This document shows positions 9,348 to 21,192 of a stretch of DNA of 64,000 nt, piece by piece. The translations under genes and the position numbers were made by a program. This DNA comes from Muribaculaceae bacterium. Its GTDB lineage: Bacteria > Bacteroidota > Bacteroidia > Bacteroidales > Muribaculaceae. The notes under the pieces are model-generated. The model worked only from the letters and a program-made list of their open reading frames with translations. It was not told where the DNA came from and searched no databases. The stretch is taken from NCBI GenBank assembly GCA_017935045.1, contig JAGBIJ010000022.1, forward strand, positions 1,820-65,819. The letters run 5' to 3'. The stretch's first letter is position 1. Each line of letters opens with the position of its first letter.

Positions 9348-10769
9348 ATGAAGCAGATGCGTTATTTACTTTTGACCATAATAGCGGCGGTAGGTTTAAC
9401 CGTCAGCTCCTGCATAGAAGATGATTTTACCGTCTCCAGCTCAGATTTGCTCGCTTTTTCCACCGACACGCTGAGTTTCGACACTGTGTTTACCGACTTA
9501 GGTACGCCTACGGCGCGCCTTAAGGTGTATAACCGCGCCAAGAAATCCATCAATATCTCCTCTATCAGCATGCGTGAGCCGGACTCGCGCTTCTCGATGA
9601 ATGTGGACGGACAGAGCGGCTCCGTATTCAGCAACGTGGAGATACGCGGAGAGGACTCGATATTCATATTCGTGGAGTGCAAACTGCCGCTGAGCCCCGA
9701 CGATCAGCCCCTGCTGTCGCGTGACGCCATAGTCTTTGTTACCAACGGAGTGACGCAGCAGGTGGAGCTTGAGGCATGGGGGCAGAACGTGACCCGTCTG
9801 CGCGACCTGCGTGTTTCCTCTGACATGCGGCTCACGGCCGAGCGCCCCATCGTGGTCTTCGACTCGCTTGTGGTGGAGCGCGGCGCCACGCTGCGCGTGG
9901 ATCCGGGAGTGCAGCTGCTGTTCCACGACAAGGCTTCGCTTACCGTGAGAGGAACTCTTGAGGCTGTAGGCGAGCCGGGCCGTATGATAGATATGCGCGG
10001 CGACCGCCTGGACAATGTGCTGCCCGACGTGGGTTACGACATATTGGCCGGCCAGTGGCAGGGGGTAACCATCGCTCCCGAGAGCTTCGGCAACCGTCTG
10101 GAGTACGTCGATATGCGCTCTACGGTGCATGGCCTGGTCGTAGACTCGTGCAGCGATCTGTCGCGCAAGAAGCTGACTATAGTCAACAGCTGGCTGCACA
10201 ATTCCCAGGGTTCGGCTCTGAAGAGCAAGTATGCGGCCGTCGACGCCTGGGGCAGCGTTTTCTCCGAGGCAGCCGGCCACGTGGTGGAGCTGCATGGCGG
10301 AATCCATGACTTCAGTCAGTGTACTTTCTCCAACTATTACCTTTTCACGGCTCCGTGGCAGTCCATCGTCGGTCTCTACCATCTGCTGCCGGACCAGGAC
10401 GAGGATACAGCCAACCCACTGATGCAGGCGCAGTTTGAAAACAGTATAATCTACGGCATGGGGCCCGACATCAACGAGCCGGATCTGAAGGGCTCGTCGG
10501 TATTCATGCGCTACGTCCTGTTGCGGTCCGAGGGCAAAGATGACGACAACTTTATCAGCTGCCTGTGGGGAGCCGATCCGCTCTTCTATACAGTACGCGA
10601 GGATTATATTTTCAATTACCGCGTGAAGCCTGAGTCCCCGGCCATAGGCGCCGGCGATCCGGCGTATGCCTTCCCGTTCATACGCTACGATATGGACGGC
10701 GTTTTCCGTCTGCGCGACGGCAAACCTACGCTTGGAGCGTACGAGTATGTCGCGCCACCGGAGGAATAA
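9348..10769 (+). CDS. Conserved Bacteroidetes lipoprotein with an Ig-like N-terminus and a right-handed beta-helix region
   Basis: Lipobox VSSC; FSTDTLSFDTVFT motif; V..GATL.VDPG beta-helix-like repeats; C-terminal SPAIGAG...DMDG..R...PTLGAYE. Confidence 0.7.
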   Translation: MKQMRYLLLTIIAAVGLTVSSCIEDDFTVSSSDLLAFSTDTLSFDTVFTDLGTPTARLKVYNRAKKSINISSISMREPDSRFSMNVDGQSGSVFSNVEIRGEDSIFIFVECKLPLSPDDQPLLSRDAIVFVTNGVTQQVELEAWGQNVTRLRDLRVSSDMRLTAERPIVVFDSLVVERGATLRVDPGVQLLFHDKASLTVRGTLEAVGEPGRMIDMRGDRLDNVLPDVGYDILAGQWQGVTIAPESFGNRLEYVDMRSTVHGLVVDSCSDLSRKKLTIVNSWLHNSQGSALKSKYAAVDAWGSVFSEAAGHVVELHGGIHDFSQCTFSNYYLFTAPWQSIVGLYHLLPDQDEDTANPLMQAQFENSIIYGMGPDINEPDLKGSSVFMRYVLLRSEGKDDDNFISCLWGADPLFYTVREDYIFNYRVKPESPAIGAGDPAYAFPFIRYDMDGVFRLRDGKPTLGAYEYVAPPEE

Positions 10770-10866
10770 AGGGCAGCTGAAAAATAATTGACAGTGACAA
10801 ATGTCTGAAAGATAGTGGTTTATCCGGTTTGCGCGGCAAATTGGATAAATTTTCCAGTGTAAAAAG

Positions 10867-10897
10867 TTGGATATTAATATTTTTTTTGATAACTTTG
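10867..10897 (+). promoter_or_regulatory. Bacteroidetes primary-sigma promoter for the intergenic RNA
   Basis: TTG at ~10867 and TAACTTTG at 10890-10897. Confidence 0.65.
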
Positions 10898-10902
10898 CGA
10901 AT

Positions 10903-11191
10903 ATAAGTATTGGAAATGGACGCAGCGGTCTTGTACCGCTGAAGATATAAAGGAATTAGGTCCCCTGGATGTTCGTGAGAACTCGGGACAGCATGTTTGG
11001 TTAATCAGCGGGACTCTGAGAAGTGATTTTTCGGATAACGCCGCATGATCATTATGGGTCGTGCGTTTTACAATGTTTGGTTAAATAATGGTAAACACCG
11101 GTGCTTGCACCGGCCTGGAGGGAAGCCGCAACACTTCCCGGCAGGTAAAAACTAAAGATAGGGTCGACCGCGAGGGCATGCCCTATTTTTT
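10903..11191 (+). ncRNA. Candidate ~290-nt structured non-coding RNA
   Basis: Promoter upstream, a series of hairpins with GUGA/CUUG/GCGA loops, AUGUUUGGUUAA twice, ends in a terminator with U-tract; no substantial ORF. Confidence 0.7.
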
Positions 11192-11309
11192 ATGTGCGCC
11201 GGTCAGAGAGATGATATTTTCCTACAGCCTCTGACACATAGTAATAAAGACGCATCGCCGGCGGCGACGCGTCTTTACGGACAGAAGAATATTTGATAAG
11301 ATGTGTTTC

Positions 11310-11915
11310 TTAATAATCTGTCTCCTCAGGCCGGTAATACTGGTAGGGATGGTTGCAGGCGGGGCACAGCTTTGGAGGCTCGACACCCTCGTAGATATAT
11401 CCACAGACGCTGCACTGCCATTTGATAGGTTTCTCGCGCTTCCACATAGTGCCGCTGTCCACAAGTTTGCGGAGCAGGTCGAAACGCTTTTTGTGACGCA
11501 TCTCGATAGAGGCGATCGCCTCGAAATGGGCGGCTACGTCAGGGAAGTCCTCTTCGCGTGCCTTGGCGGCGGCGTTGGTATATGCTACCACACCCTCGCT
11601 CTCTTCCTCCTGCGAGGCCTGCAGAAGATTGTCGGAGGTGTTGCCTATCACTCCGGCGGGAATGGAAAGTCCGACAGGCACCTCGGCGCCGTCTTCCAGA
11701 TATTTGAAGAATACTTTGCTGTGATGAAGCTCGTTGGCGGCTGTTTCGGCAAATACCGAGGCTACCTCGTGATAACCCTCCTTGTCGGCCTGGGCGGCGT
11801 AGAACGTGTATCTGCTGTAAGCCATGGATTCGGCAGCGTATGAAGCCACCAGATTTTTCAGTGTCTCAGTGCCTTTCAGCGACCTGTCGGCCGGTGTGTA
11901 GTTTACTGGTTTCAT
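11310..11915 (-). CDS. rbr: Rubrerythrin
   Basis: ES.A..RY, E.A.NE.HH and E.RH diiron ligands; C-terminal WQCSVCGY...CPAC rubredoxin domain. Confidence 0.95.
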   Translation of the reverse strand: MKPVNYTPADRSLKGTETLKNLVASYAAESMAYSRYTFYAAQADKEGYHEVASVFAETAANELHHSKVFFKYLEDGAEVPVGLSIPAGVIGNTSDNLLQASQEEESEGVVAYTNAAAKAREEDFPDVAAHFEAIASIEMRHKKRFDLLRKLVDSGTMWKREKPIKWQCSVCGYIYEGVEPPKLCPACNHPYQYYRPEETDY

Positions 11916-12107
11916 AGTATTTCCATATTAAATGACATTTGCGTATCGATGCAGACCCGTCGGTGTGACGCGGCCTTTGGTATTAGAACAATTCAGCAGG
12001 CTTAATAGTTTATATGAAGTGAAAGGAAATTTTAATCAGCGTTTTTTCGACTGCTTTTTAAAAATATTTGTACTTTTGCGGTCTGAAACAGCTTTGTAGC
12101 ATTAGGA

Positions 12108-14441
12108 ATGAAGAATCTGATTATAGTGGAGTCTCCGGCCAAGGCCAAGACAATAGAGAAATTCTTGGGAGCAGACTATCGCGTGATGTCGAGTTTCGGC
12201 CATATACGCGACCTCCGCAAGAAGGATTTCAGCATAGATGTAGACCACGGGTTCCGCCCGGTCTATGAGATACCTGCCGAGAAAAAGGATCTGGTGTCTA
12301 AGCTGCGTGCCGCCGCCAAAGAGGCGGATACAGTCTGGCTCGCTTCCGATGAAGACCGCGAGGGGGAGGCCATAGCCTGGCATCTGTATGAAGTGCTGGA
12401 GCTAAAGCCCGAGAACACCCACCGCATAGTGTTTCACGAGATTACAAAGCCGGCTATACTTCACGCTATAGAGAATCCGCGTGACATAGACATAGACCGG
12501 GTCAACGCCCAGCAGGCGCGCCGCGTGCTGGACCGCATCGTAGGCTTTGAGCTGTCGCCAGTATTGTGGAAAAAAATCAAGCCCGCGCTTTCGGCAGGCC
12601 GCGTGCAGAGCGTGGCCGTACGCCTTATATGCGAACGCGAGAAAGAGATACGCGACTTCACGCCGCAGCCATATTTCCGCGTTACAGGCCGTTTTGCCGC
12701 CACAGGCAGCCCCGTGCCGGTAAAGAGCGAGCTCAACACGCGTCTGGCCGACGAGCAGGCCGCCTCGCGCTTCCTGGAGGACTGCCGGCTGGCCTCGTTC
12801 AGCGTGGCCGACGTCAGTGTCAGGCCCCTGAAGCGTGCCCCGGCTCCGCCGTTTACTACCTCGACGCTACAGCAGGAGGCTTCGCGCCGTCTGGGTTTCA
12901 CTGTCAGCCAGACCATGAGAGTGGCCCAGCAGCTGTATGAAGCCGGTCTTATCACGTATATGCGTACCGACTCGCTCAATCTCTCCGAGCTGGCCATAAA
13001 AGATATATCGCAGTTGGTAACGTCGACTTATGGCGACAGCTATCTGCATGTGCGTCACTATCATACCAAGTCGAAAGGAGCGCAGGAGGCTCACGAGGCC
13101 ATACGCCCCTCGTATATAGACCAGGTGTCGATAGAGGGTACGCAGCAGGAGCAGAAGCTGTATCGGCTGATACGCATGCGCACGCTTGCCTCGCAGATGG
13201 CTGACGCGCAGATAGAGAAGACTACGGTGGAGATAGCTCCTTCCACACGCCCCGAGCGCTTTGTGGCCCACGGCGAGGTAGTGAAGTTTTCCGGCTTCCT
13301 GAAGGCTTACGGCGATGCCGCGCCTGACGCCGAGTCACAGACGCTTCCCTCGTTGGAGCCCGGCATGGCGCTGGGCATGGAGTCGGTTACCGCCACCGAG
13401 CGGTTCACACAGCCGCCTGCCCGCTACAACGAGGCATCGCTGGTGCGTAAGATGGAGGAACTGGGCATAGGGCGTCCGTCGACCTATGCGCCTACGATAT
13501 CCACCATCCAGGGCCGCGACTATGTGGAGCGCGGCGAGAAGGAGGGGGAGACACGCTCCTACCGCATGCTGACGCTCACTCCGGCCGGTATCTCGGCCAC
13601 TACCGAGACGGAGACCGCCGGCTCTGACAAGGGACGCCTGGTACCGACCGATGTAGGCATGGTGGTCAACGATTTCCTGACTGAGTATTTCCCTGATATA
13701 CTCGACTACAACTTCACGGCCCGCATAGAGGAGAAATTTGACGAGATAGCGGAGGGCAACCTCGGCTGGGACAAGGAGATAGCCGATTTCTACTCAGGCT
13801 TCCATCCGGATATAGAGAAGACCAACGCCATGCGTATGGAGCACAAGGTGGGCGAGCGTCTGCTCGGCGCCGATCCTGCTACGGGCAAGCCCGTGAGCGT
13901 CAAGATAGGCCGCTTCGGCCCCATGGTGCAGATAGGCGACACGGCCAACGACGAAAAGCCGATGTTCGCCTCGCTGCAGCACGGTCAGAGTGTCGCTACC
14001 ATCACGCTGGAGGAGGCTCTGAAGCTTTTTGAGCTGCCTCGCGCCGTAGGCGACTTTGAGGGCAAGCCCGTAGTTGCCGCCATAGGCCGCTTCGGCCCTT
14101 ACCTGCGCCACGACGGCAAGTTTGTAAGCATACCTGCCGGCCTTGCGCCGCAGACCATCACGATAGAGGAGGCGCAGGCCCTGATAGAGAAGAAGCGTGC
14201 CGATGATGCCAACAAGATAGTGAAGGAATTCCCCGAGATGCCCGGTCTGCAGGTCCTCAATGGCCGTTTCGGCGTTTATCTGGCCTATAAACCCGAAGGC
14301 GCGAAAAAGGCAGTGAACTACAAGCTGCCCAAAGGCACTGAAGGCGCCACTCTCACTCTGGCCGACGCACAGGCTATAATGAAAGCGCAGGATGAAGCTC
14401 CCGCCAAGCCCCGCGCCCGCCGTAAGGCGACCCGCAAATAA
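12108..14441 (+). CDS. topA: DNA topoisomerase I
   Basis: IVESPAKAKTI, SDEDREGE, SAGRVQS, LITYMRTDS (catalytic Tyr) and C-terminal GRFGP repeats. Confidence 0.98.
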   Translation: MKNLIIVESPAKAKTIEKFLGADYRVMSSFGHIRDLRKKDFSIDVDHGFRPVYEIPAEKKDLVSKLRAAAKEADTVWLASDEDREGEAIAWHLYEVLELKPENTHRIVFHEITKPAILHAIENPRDIDIDRVNAQQARRVLDRIVGFELSPVLWKKIKPALSAGRVQSVAVRLICEREKEIRDFTPQPYFRVTGRFAATGSPVPVKSELNTRLADEQAASRFLEDCRLASFSVADVSVRPLKRAPAPPFTTSTLQQEASRRLGFTVSQTMRVAQQLYEAGLITYMRTDSLNLSELAIKDISQLVTSTYGDSYLHVRHYHTKSKGAQEAHEAIRPSYIDQVSIEGTQQEQKLYRLIRMRTLASQMADAQIEKTTVEIAPSTRPERFVAHGEVVKFSGFLKAYGDAAPDAESQTLPSLEPGMALGMESVTATERFTQPPARYNEASLVRKMEELGIGRPSTYAPTISTIQGRDYVERGEKEGETRSYRMLTLTPAGISATTETETAGSDKGRLVPTDVGMVVNDFLTEYFPDILDYNFTARIEEKFDEIAEGNLGWDKEIADFYSGFHPDIEKTNAMRMEHKVGERLLGADPATGKPVSVKIGRFGPMVQIGDTANDEKPMFASLQHGQSVATITLEEALKLFELPRAVGDFEGKPVVAAIGRFGPYLRHDGKFVSIPAGLAPQTITIEEAQALIEKKRADDANKIVKEFPEMPGLQVLNGRFGVYLAYKPEGAKKAVNYKLPKGTEGATLTLADAQAIMKAQDEAPAKPRARRKATRK

Positions 14442-14462
14442 TACAGAGAGACATATACAATA

Positions 14463-14514
14463 ATAATCCATACAGCCTCGCATCGGTTTTCCGATGCGAG
14501 GCTGTATGGATTAT
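14463..14514. terminator. Perfect 24-bp hairpin between convergent topA and yidC
   Basis: ATAATCCATACAGCCTCGCATCGG-TTTT-CCGATGCGAGGCTGTATGGATTAT. Confidence 0.75.
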
Positions 14515-14532
14515 GGGGAGCAAGAGAGCTGA

Positions 14533-16662
14533 TTATCTCTTTTTGCCTTTGGACTGAGCTTTGGCTTTGGCAGCCTGCTGCTGGCGGAGCATCTCCTGCT
14601 GGCGGCGCTGCGCTTCTTCAAGGCGGGCCATGAAGCCGCTCTTCTTCTTAGGCTTCTTGGCGTTCTCGGCCATAGCCTTGCGTACGTCTGCCTCGTTGAC
14701 TACCCAGCGGCGTATGGCGTAGGTCTGGCCGATGGTGATGAGCAACGACAGGAAATAGTAGTAGCTGAGGCCGGCGGCGTAGTTGTTGAAGAATATCATG
14801 AAGAATACCGGCATCAGGTACATCATCCACTTCATGCCCGGGGTGCCGGCGCTCTGTGTCTGCATGTTGATACGGGTGTAGATGATGTTGGTCACGGTCA
14901 TCAGCAGGCAGAACAGGGATATGTGGTTGCCGAAGTAATCGGAGACAAAAGGAATGTGGGTATTCCACGATATGATGGCGTCGGGAGCGGAGAGGTCATG
15001 ACACCAGAGGAAGCTCTGGCCACGCAGCTCGATGCAGGAGGGGAAGAAGCTGAACATGGCGAACAGGATGGGCATCTGCAGCAGCAGGGGCAGACAGCCG
15101 GCCATGGGATTGGCGCCGGCCTTGTTGTACAGAGCCATGGTCTTCTGCTGCCGTATCATGGCATTCTCCTGGCCGGGGTACTTCTCGTTGATGGCCTTGA
15201 TGTCAGGCGCGAGCACGCGCATCCTGGCCTGTCCTTTGTAGCTCTTGTAGGTCAGCGGGAACAGGACTATCTTGATGAAGACGGTCAGCAGCAGAATGAT
15301 GATACCGTAGTTCCAGTCGAACGAGCCGAGGAAATTGAAGACGGGTATGATGATTCCGGTGTTTATCCAGCGGAATAGACTCCAGCCTAACGGTATGACG
15401 CGGGTCAGGTCAAGGTCTTCGCCGCCCGCTACGCGGTCGTCCATCGACGAGAGCAGCGGATAGAGGTTCGGGCCGAGAAAGAGATCGAAACTTGCCGGAT
15501 TCGGGTCGTTCCATTTGTAGTCGCCTACAGTGGCTGTGGCAGTCATGTATTTCAGATAGACATCCGACTCGGGGCCATAGTTGTCTTTGTTGAGAACCAC
15601 GGATGTCATGTCGACGTTGTTGAACGGGCGCTTGCCTATGAGAATGGACGAGAAGAACTGGTTCTTGAATCCTACCCACTTGACCTTGACCTGACGGTCG
15701 CGGGCATCGTCGGCATTGGCGTTGAGGTCTTCCACATCGCTGCCGTCGAACTTATAGTAGAGCGCCGAGTTACGCTCTTCGAACATGCGGCCCTTCTCCT
15801 GGCGGCGCAGCGCCTGGCTCCAGTTTACGCCCAGCTCTGTGACGTTGGAACCCAGAGCTTTGTCCATGCCTTTCTGCTCGATAGCGATATGGAGTACGTA
15901 GTCCTCCCCCTTGCGGATGGAGTAGCGGATGCCCCAGTAAGCCCCGCCGTCGAACTTCAGACCCATCAGGACTGAAGTGTCGGTCTTCTCTATCTGACTG
16001 AAATACAAGTCGGAGGTTTTCACATCGCCCTTGACGGGGAGGGTAAAGCTCATCCGGTTGGTGCCGTGGTCGAAGAGCACCACCTTCTGCTTCACTTTTT
16101 TGGTCTCATCGGGGCTGTACTCGGTGTCGTAGTCATTGAGCTCGGCGCGAGTCAGGGCCGCCCCTTTGGTGGAGAAAGTCAGAGCCATGGCCTTGTTGGC
16201 GAGGCTGATGGTCTCGGCTTTGCCCTGAGTGAAGGCTGCGAAGCGGCCGTAGCGGGCTACTCCGGAACTGATGTCATTGAGACGGCTGACGGCCATGCGG
16301 CGGTCCGGCAGCGCTATGGCCGTGTCGCCGGCCACGATGCTTCTGACACTGAGGCTCTTGCCGCCCACATCGATAGTGCCGTCAAGCGTGTCGGAATTCA
16401 GGGTCAGGCAGTAGCCTTCTCCTTCCAGCGTCAGACCGCGGCCCCCGGAGGCCACGCCGTTGTCTTTGATATTCTCTTTAATCCAGTCTATCTCCTGCGC
16501 GGAGAGGATGGCGGGGAGTTCCTGCTGTGCTTCCTTCACACTTTCGGTCTCGGCGCTTTGCTGCGCGGGTGTCTGCTGCTGGTCCTGCTTGGGGCTGAGC
16601 CACATGAACACCACAAATACGAGCCCTATCAGGACCAGACCCTGTAAAGTCTTCTTATCCAT
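14533..16662 (-). CDS. yidC: Membrane protein insertase YidC
   Basis: N-terminal TM, large periplasmic domain, GANPMAGCLPLLLQMPI and DLSAPD motifs. Confidence 0.97.
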   Translation of the reverse strand: MDKKTLQGLVLIGLVFVVFMWLSPKQDQQQTPAQQSAETESVKEAQQELPAILSAQEIDWIKENIKDNGVASGGRGLTLEGEGYCLTLNSDTLDGTIDVGGKSLSVRSIVAGDTAIALPDRRMAVSRLNDISSGVARYGRFAAFTQGKAETISLANKAMALTFSTKGAALTRAELNDYDTEYSPDETKKVKQKVVLFDHGTNRMSFTLPVKGDVKTSDLYFSQIEKTDTSVLMGLKFDGGAYWGIRYSIRKGEDYVLHIAIEQKGMDKALGSNVTELGVNWSQALRRQEKGRMFEERNSALYYKFDGSDVEDLNANADDARDRQVKVKWVGFKNQFFSSILIGKRPFNNVDMTSVVLNKDNYGPESDVYLKYMTATATVGDYKWNDPNPASFDLFLGPNLYPLLSSMDDRVAGGEDLDLTRVIPLGWSLFRWINTGIIIPVFNFLGSFDWNYGIIILLLTVFIKIVLFPLTYKSYKGQARMRVLAPDIKAINEKYPGQENAMIRQQKTMALYNKAGANPMAGCLPLLLQMPILFAMFSFFPSCIELRGQSFLWCHDLSAPDAIISWNTHIPFVSDYFGNHISLFCLLMTVTNIIYTRINMQTQSAGTPGMKWMMYLMPVFFMIFFNNYAAGLSYYYFLSLLITIGQTYAIRRWVVNEADVRKAMAENAKKPKKKSGFMARLEEAQRRQQEMLRQQQAAKAKAQSKGKKR

Positions 16663-16676
16663 GGGGTAAGAGGTGT

Positions 16677-18320
<1,644 letters not shown>

Positions 18321-18468
18321 TCAAGTAGGCTGATTATCAGGTTGAAACGCAGACGCTCAGCGTCGCGCCCCACCTCTCCAATCAAGCTGCAAAAGTACAA
18401 AAAAAATCTCAATCCGGCAAATCTCAGTGACTTACATTCCCGGTCGGAATCGCGAAGGCGCCTCCCAA

Positions 18469-18522
18469 TTAGACTAATTGGGCTAATTGGACCAACCTGC
18501 CTGATTGGACTAATAGGTTAGC
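18469..18522. repeat. Second tract of the 9-bp TTRGRCYAA repeat
   Basis: ttagactaa ttgggctaa ttggaccaa cctgcctga ttggactaa taggttagc. Confidence 0.7.
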
Positions 18523-18525
18523 CGT

Positions 18526-19305
18526 TCAGAGTGGTTTGGTGGCCAGATAGATGGCTACAGCTCCGGGAAAGAGTGCGCGCCAGGTTATGTCGGTAAAGCC
18601 GGCGGACTTCATGAGCGCGGCCATGCTTTGGCGATGCGGGCACGCGGCGATGCTTTCGGGCAGATAGCTGTATGCCCGCGAGTCTTTGCTTATGCGTCGG
18701 CCTATGGCCGGGATGATATGGCGCGCGTACATGCGGTATCCCTGGCGCATCAGGGGATTGACGGGTTCGCATAGCTCTATGACGCACAGGACGCCGCCGG
18801 GCTTCAGAACGCGGTACAGCTCGGCATAGCCGTCGGCCAGACGGCTGAAGTTGCGTACGCCGTAGGCTACCGTAGCGGCATCAAAGGTGTCAGCGGCGTA
18901 TGGCAGAGCCAGACAGTCGGCCTGGCTGAAGCTGATGGCTTTCTGCCGTCCGGCATCTGTCTTCTCCAGCTTTTGCCGCGCTATCTTAAGCATCCCGGCG
19001 CTCAGGTCTACGCCTGTTATCTCTATTCCGGGGCCGAGGATATCGTAGAGACGGAATGTGACGTCGCCGGTGCCGCAGGCTACGTCGAGCAGCCGGAGCG
19101 GAGCCGCGGCTGAACCGAACCGGGCCATATCGGCCAGACGGTCGGCCAGCATCGTGAGGGCTTTGTCGCGCCAGTGGCGATGCATACCGAAAGTCATCGC
19201 CGTGTTCATAAAGTCGTAGGCGGGGGCGATAGAGTCAAACATGGCTTCTACCTGTCTGCTCTTGTCGCCCCCGCCGCCGTATGGATTTATCTGTTCGGGG
19301 TTCAT
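18526..19305 (-). CDS. menG: Demethylmenaquinone methyltransferase (UbiE/MenG)
   Basis: [22 protein letters not shown] and YSYLPESI motifs. Confidence 0.9.
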   Translation of the reverse strand: MNPEQINPYGGGGDKSRQVEAMFDSIAPAYDFMNTAMTFGMHRHWRDKALTMLADRLADMARFGSAAAPLRLLDVACGTGDVTFRLYDILGPGIEITGVDLSAGMLKIARQKLEKTDAGRQKAISFSQADCLALPYAADTFDAATVAYGVRNFSRLADGYAELYRVLKPGGVLCVIELCEPVNPLMRQGYRMYARHIIPAIGRRISKDSRAYSYLPESIAACPHRQSMAALMKSAGFTDITWRALFPGAVAIYLATKPL

Positions 19306-20255
19306 TTGCTGAGATCAGCCAGACATGAGAGGATATTATGCTCCATGCGGGCCTCGATGTCGTCGCCTTCGGCGCGTACGAATGTCTCGCCCGTGATGTG
19401 TTCGTACAGCTCGATGTAGCGGTCGCTGACTTCGCGGCAGTATGCTTCCGTCATCTCCGGCACCTGCTGTCCCTGCTTGCCCATGAAGCCGTGTTCGATG
19501 AGCCATTGGCGCACAAACTCTTTAGAAAGCTGCTTCTGAGGCTCTCCCTTGGCCAGACGCTCCTCGTAGCCTTCGGCGTAGAAGTAGCGCGAGGAGTCGG
19601 GCGTGTGGATTTCGTCGATGAGGATTACCTCGCCGTCATGCTTGCCGAACTCATACTTGGTGTCGACAAGGATAAGACCCTGGCGGGCTGCCATTTCGGT
19701 GCCGCGCTCGAATATGGCCAGGGCGTATTTCTCCATTTTCTCGTAGTCTTCCTTGCTGACTATGCCGCGGCTTACGATTTCCTCGCGCGATATGTTCTGG
19801 TCGTGGCCTTCATCCTCTTTTGTGGTGGGAGTGATGATGGGGCGGGGTAGTTTCTGGTTTTCCACCAGCCCTTCGGGCAGGGGCACTCCGCAGATTTCGC
19901 GTGCTCCGGCAGCGTATTCGCGCCATGCCGAGCCGGCAAGGTACCCGCGTACTATCATCTCGACTTTGAAAGGCTCGCAGCGCAGGCCTACGGTTACCAT
20001 CGGGTCAGGCACCGCTACTTTCCAGTTGGGGCAGATGTCGGTGGTGGCATCAAGGAACTGGGCGGCTATCTGGTTCAGCACCTGTCCCTTGAAAGGTATG
20101 CCTTTAGGCAGAATCACGTCGAATGCCGAGATGCGATCCGTAGCGACCATTACCAGATAACGGCCATCTATGTCGTAGACATCACGTACTTTGCCGTGAT
20201 AGAGACTACGCTGGCCGGGAAACTTGAAATCTGTAAATGTGAGAGTGTTAGCCAT
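19302..20255 (-). CDS. purC: SAICAR synthetase
   Basis: [24 protein letters not shown] and [10 protein letters not shown]. Confidence 0.97.
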   Translation of the reverse strand: MANTLTFTDFKFPGQRSLYHGKVRDVYDIDGRYLVMVATDRISAFDVILPKGIPFKGQVLNQIAAQFLDATTDICPNWKVAVPDPMVTVGLRCEPFKVEMIVRGYLAGSAWREYAAGAREICGVPLPEGLVENQKLPRPIITPTTKEDEGHDQNISREEIVSRGIVSKEDYEKMEKYALAIFERGTEMAARQGLILVDTKYEFGKHDGEVILIDEIHTPDSSRYFYAEGYEERLAKGEPQKQLSKEFVRQWLIEHGFMGKQGQQVPEMTEAYCREVSDRYIELYEHITGETFVRAEGDDIEARMEHNILSCLADLSK

Positions 20256-20361
20256 ATCAGTAATTTTTAGAGGCAGCCGGGCGCGCTTTGGAGCGGTGTC
20301 GTGGAGCGGGGGCTGCGATGACGGTGCAAAATTAGCAAAAAATCGTCAGACTGCCAACGCG

Positions 20362-21090
20362 TCAGGCCAATGATTGACGCAGACGCCGCTTGGCGTCGTC
20401 GCAGACACGCAGCGAGTCGCAGACTTTGCGCACGGCCATACGGCGGACCTGGCTGTCAAGAGCCGCATTGTGGAACAGCGGCTCGGTCAGCGAGGGGAAT
20501 TTTATAAAACATTCGGCCAAGGCCCAGGCTGCTCCCATGCGTGCATAGTAACCTGAGTGGGAGAATGTCCTGAGTTCGTCGAGCAGGCGGTCTATATATG
20601 GCGGCGTGCAGAAGTATTTCATAAGCATGACTATGCCGAAGCGAGCCTCATACTCCCGCTCTGAGCGGGCAAACCGCTGCAGGAAACTGAATATTGTCTC
20701 CCCGTCTCGTTCTATGCGTTTTCGGGATTCGCTTATGGAGAAGGAGTCACATTCGGCCCAGGATTGTATGCGGGAAGCGAAGGCTGCCGTCAACTCCAGA
20801 TATTCCGGTGTGGGCAGTCCTTTGACAGTTCCGAGTACCAGTCCCTGCATCAGACGTTCTTCCATAAATTCCATCTCTCCGGCTGCCTGTCTGCGCCGGG
20901 AAGCGGCCTGGGCTTCCGTGAGGTAACCGCGCCAGTCTCCGGAGGCGATGTCGCGTGCCAGACGGCGCATGGCCGGGATGCGCACGCCCATCACGGCGAC
21001 GCCGGGTATCAGGTGGCCGCTCCATTCGGCGTATTGCGCTCCTTCGCTGATGGCGGCAAGCATGTCTCGCACTTTGTCATATATGTCCAT
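20362..21090 (-). CDS. DNA alkylation repair (AlkD-like HEAT) protein
   Basis: GVRIP..R.LA, W..CD, R.GIV and YY..M..AW.LA motifs. Confidence 0.85.
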   Translation of the reverse strand: MDIYDKVRDMLAAISEGAQYAEWSGHLIPGVAVMGVRIPAMRRLARDIASGDWRGYLTEAQAASRRRQAAGEMEFMEERLMQGLVLGTVKGLPTPEYLELTAAFASRIQSWAECDSFSISESRKRIERDGETIFSFLQRFARSEREYEARFGIVMLMKYFCTPPYIDRLLDELRTFSHSGYYARMGAAWALAECFIKFPSLTEPLFHNAALDSQVRRMAVRKVCDSLRVCDDAKRRLRQSLA

Positions 21091-21192
21091 ATCAGGTATG
21101 ATTTATAAGATTTAGAAAGACTTATAATGCAGCGGCTCCCGCAGACGTGACAGCCTGCGGGAGCCTTATTGCTTGATGGCGCCGTGCGCGGT

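Noticed and set aside
10903-11191. Assignment of the intergenic RNA as 6S, SRP, tmRNA or RNase P RNA
   Set aside because: It forms serial short hairpins rather than one long rod with a central bubble, and I see no tRNA-like ends or RNase P/SRP signature motifs.
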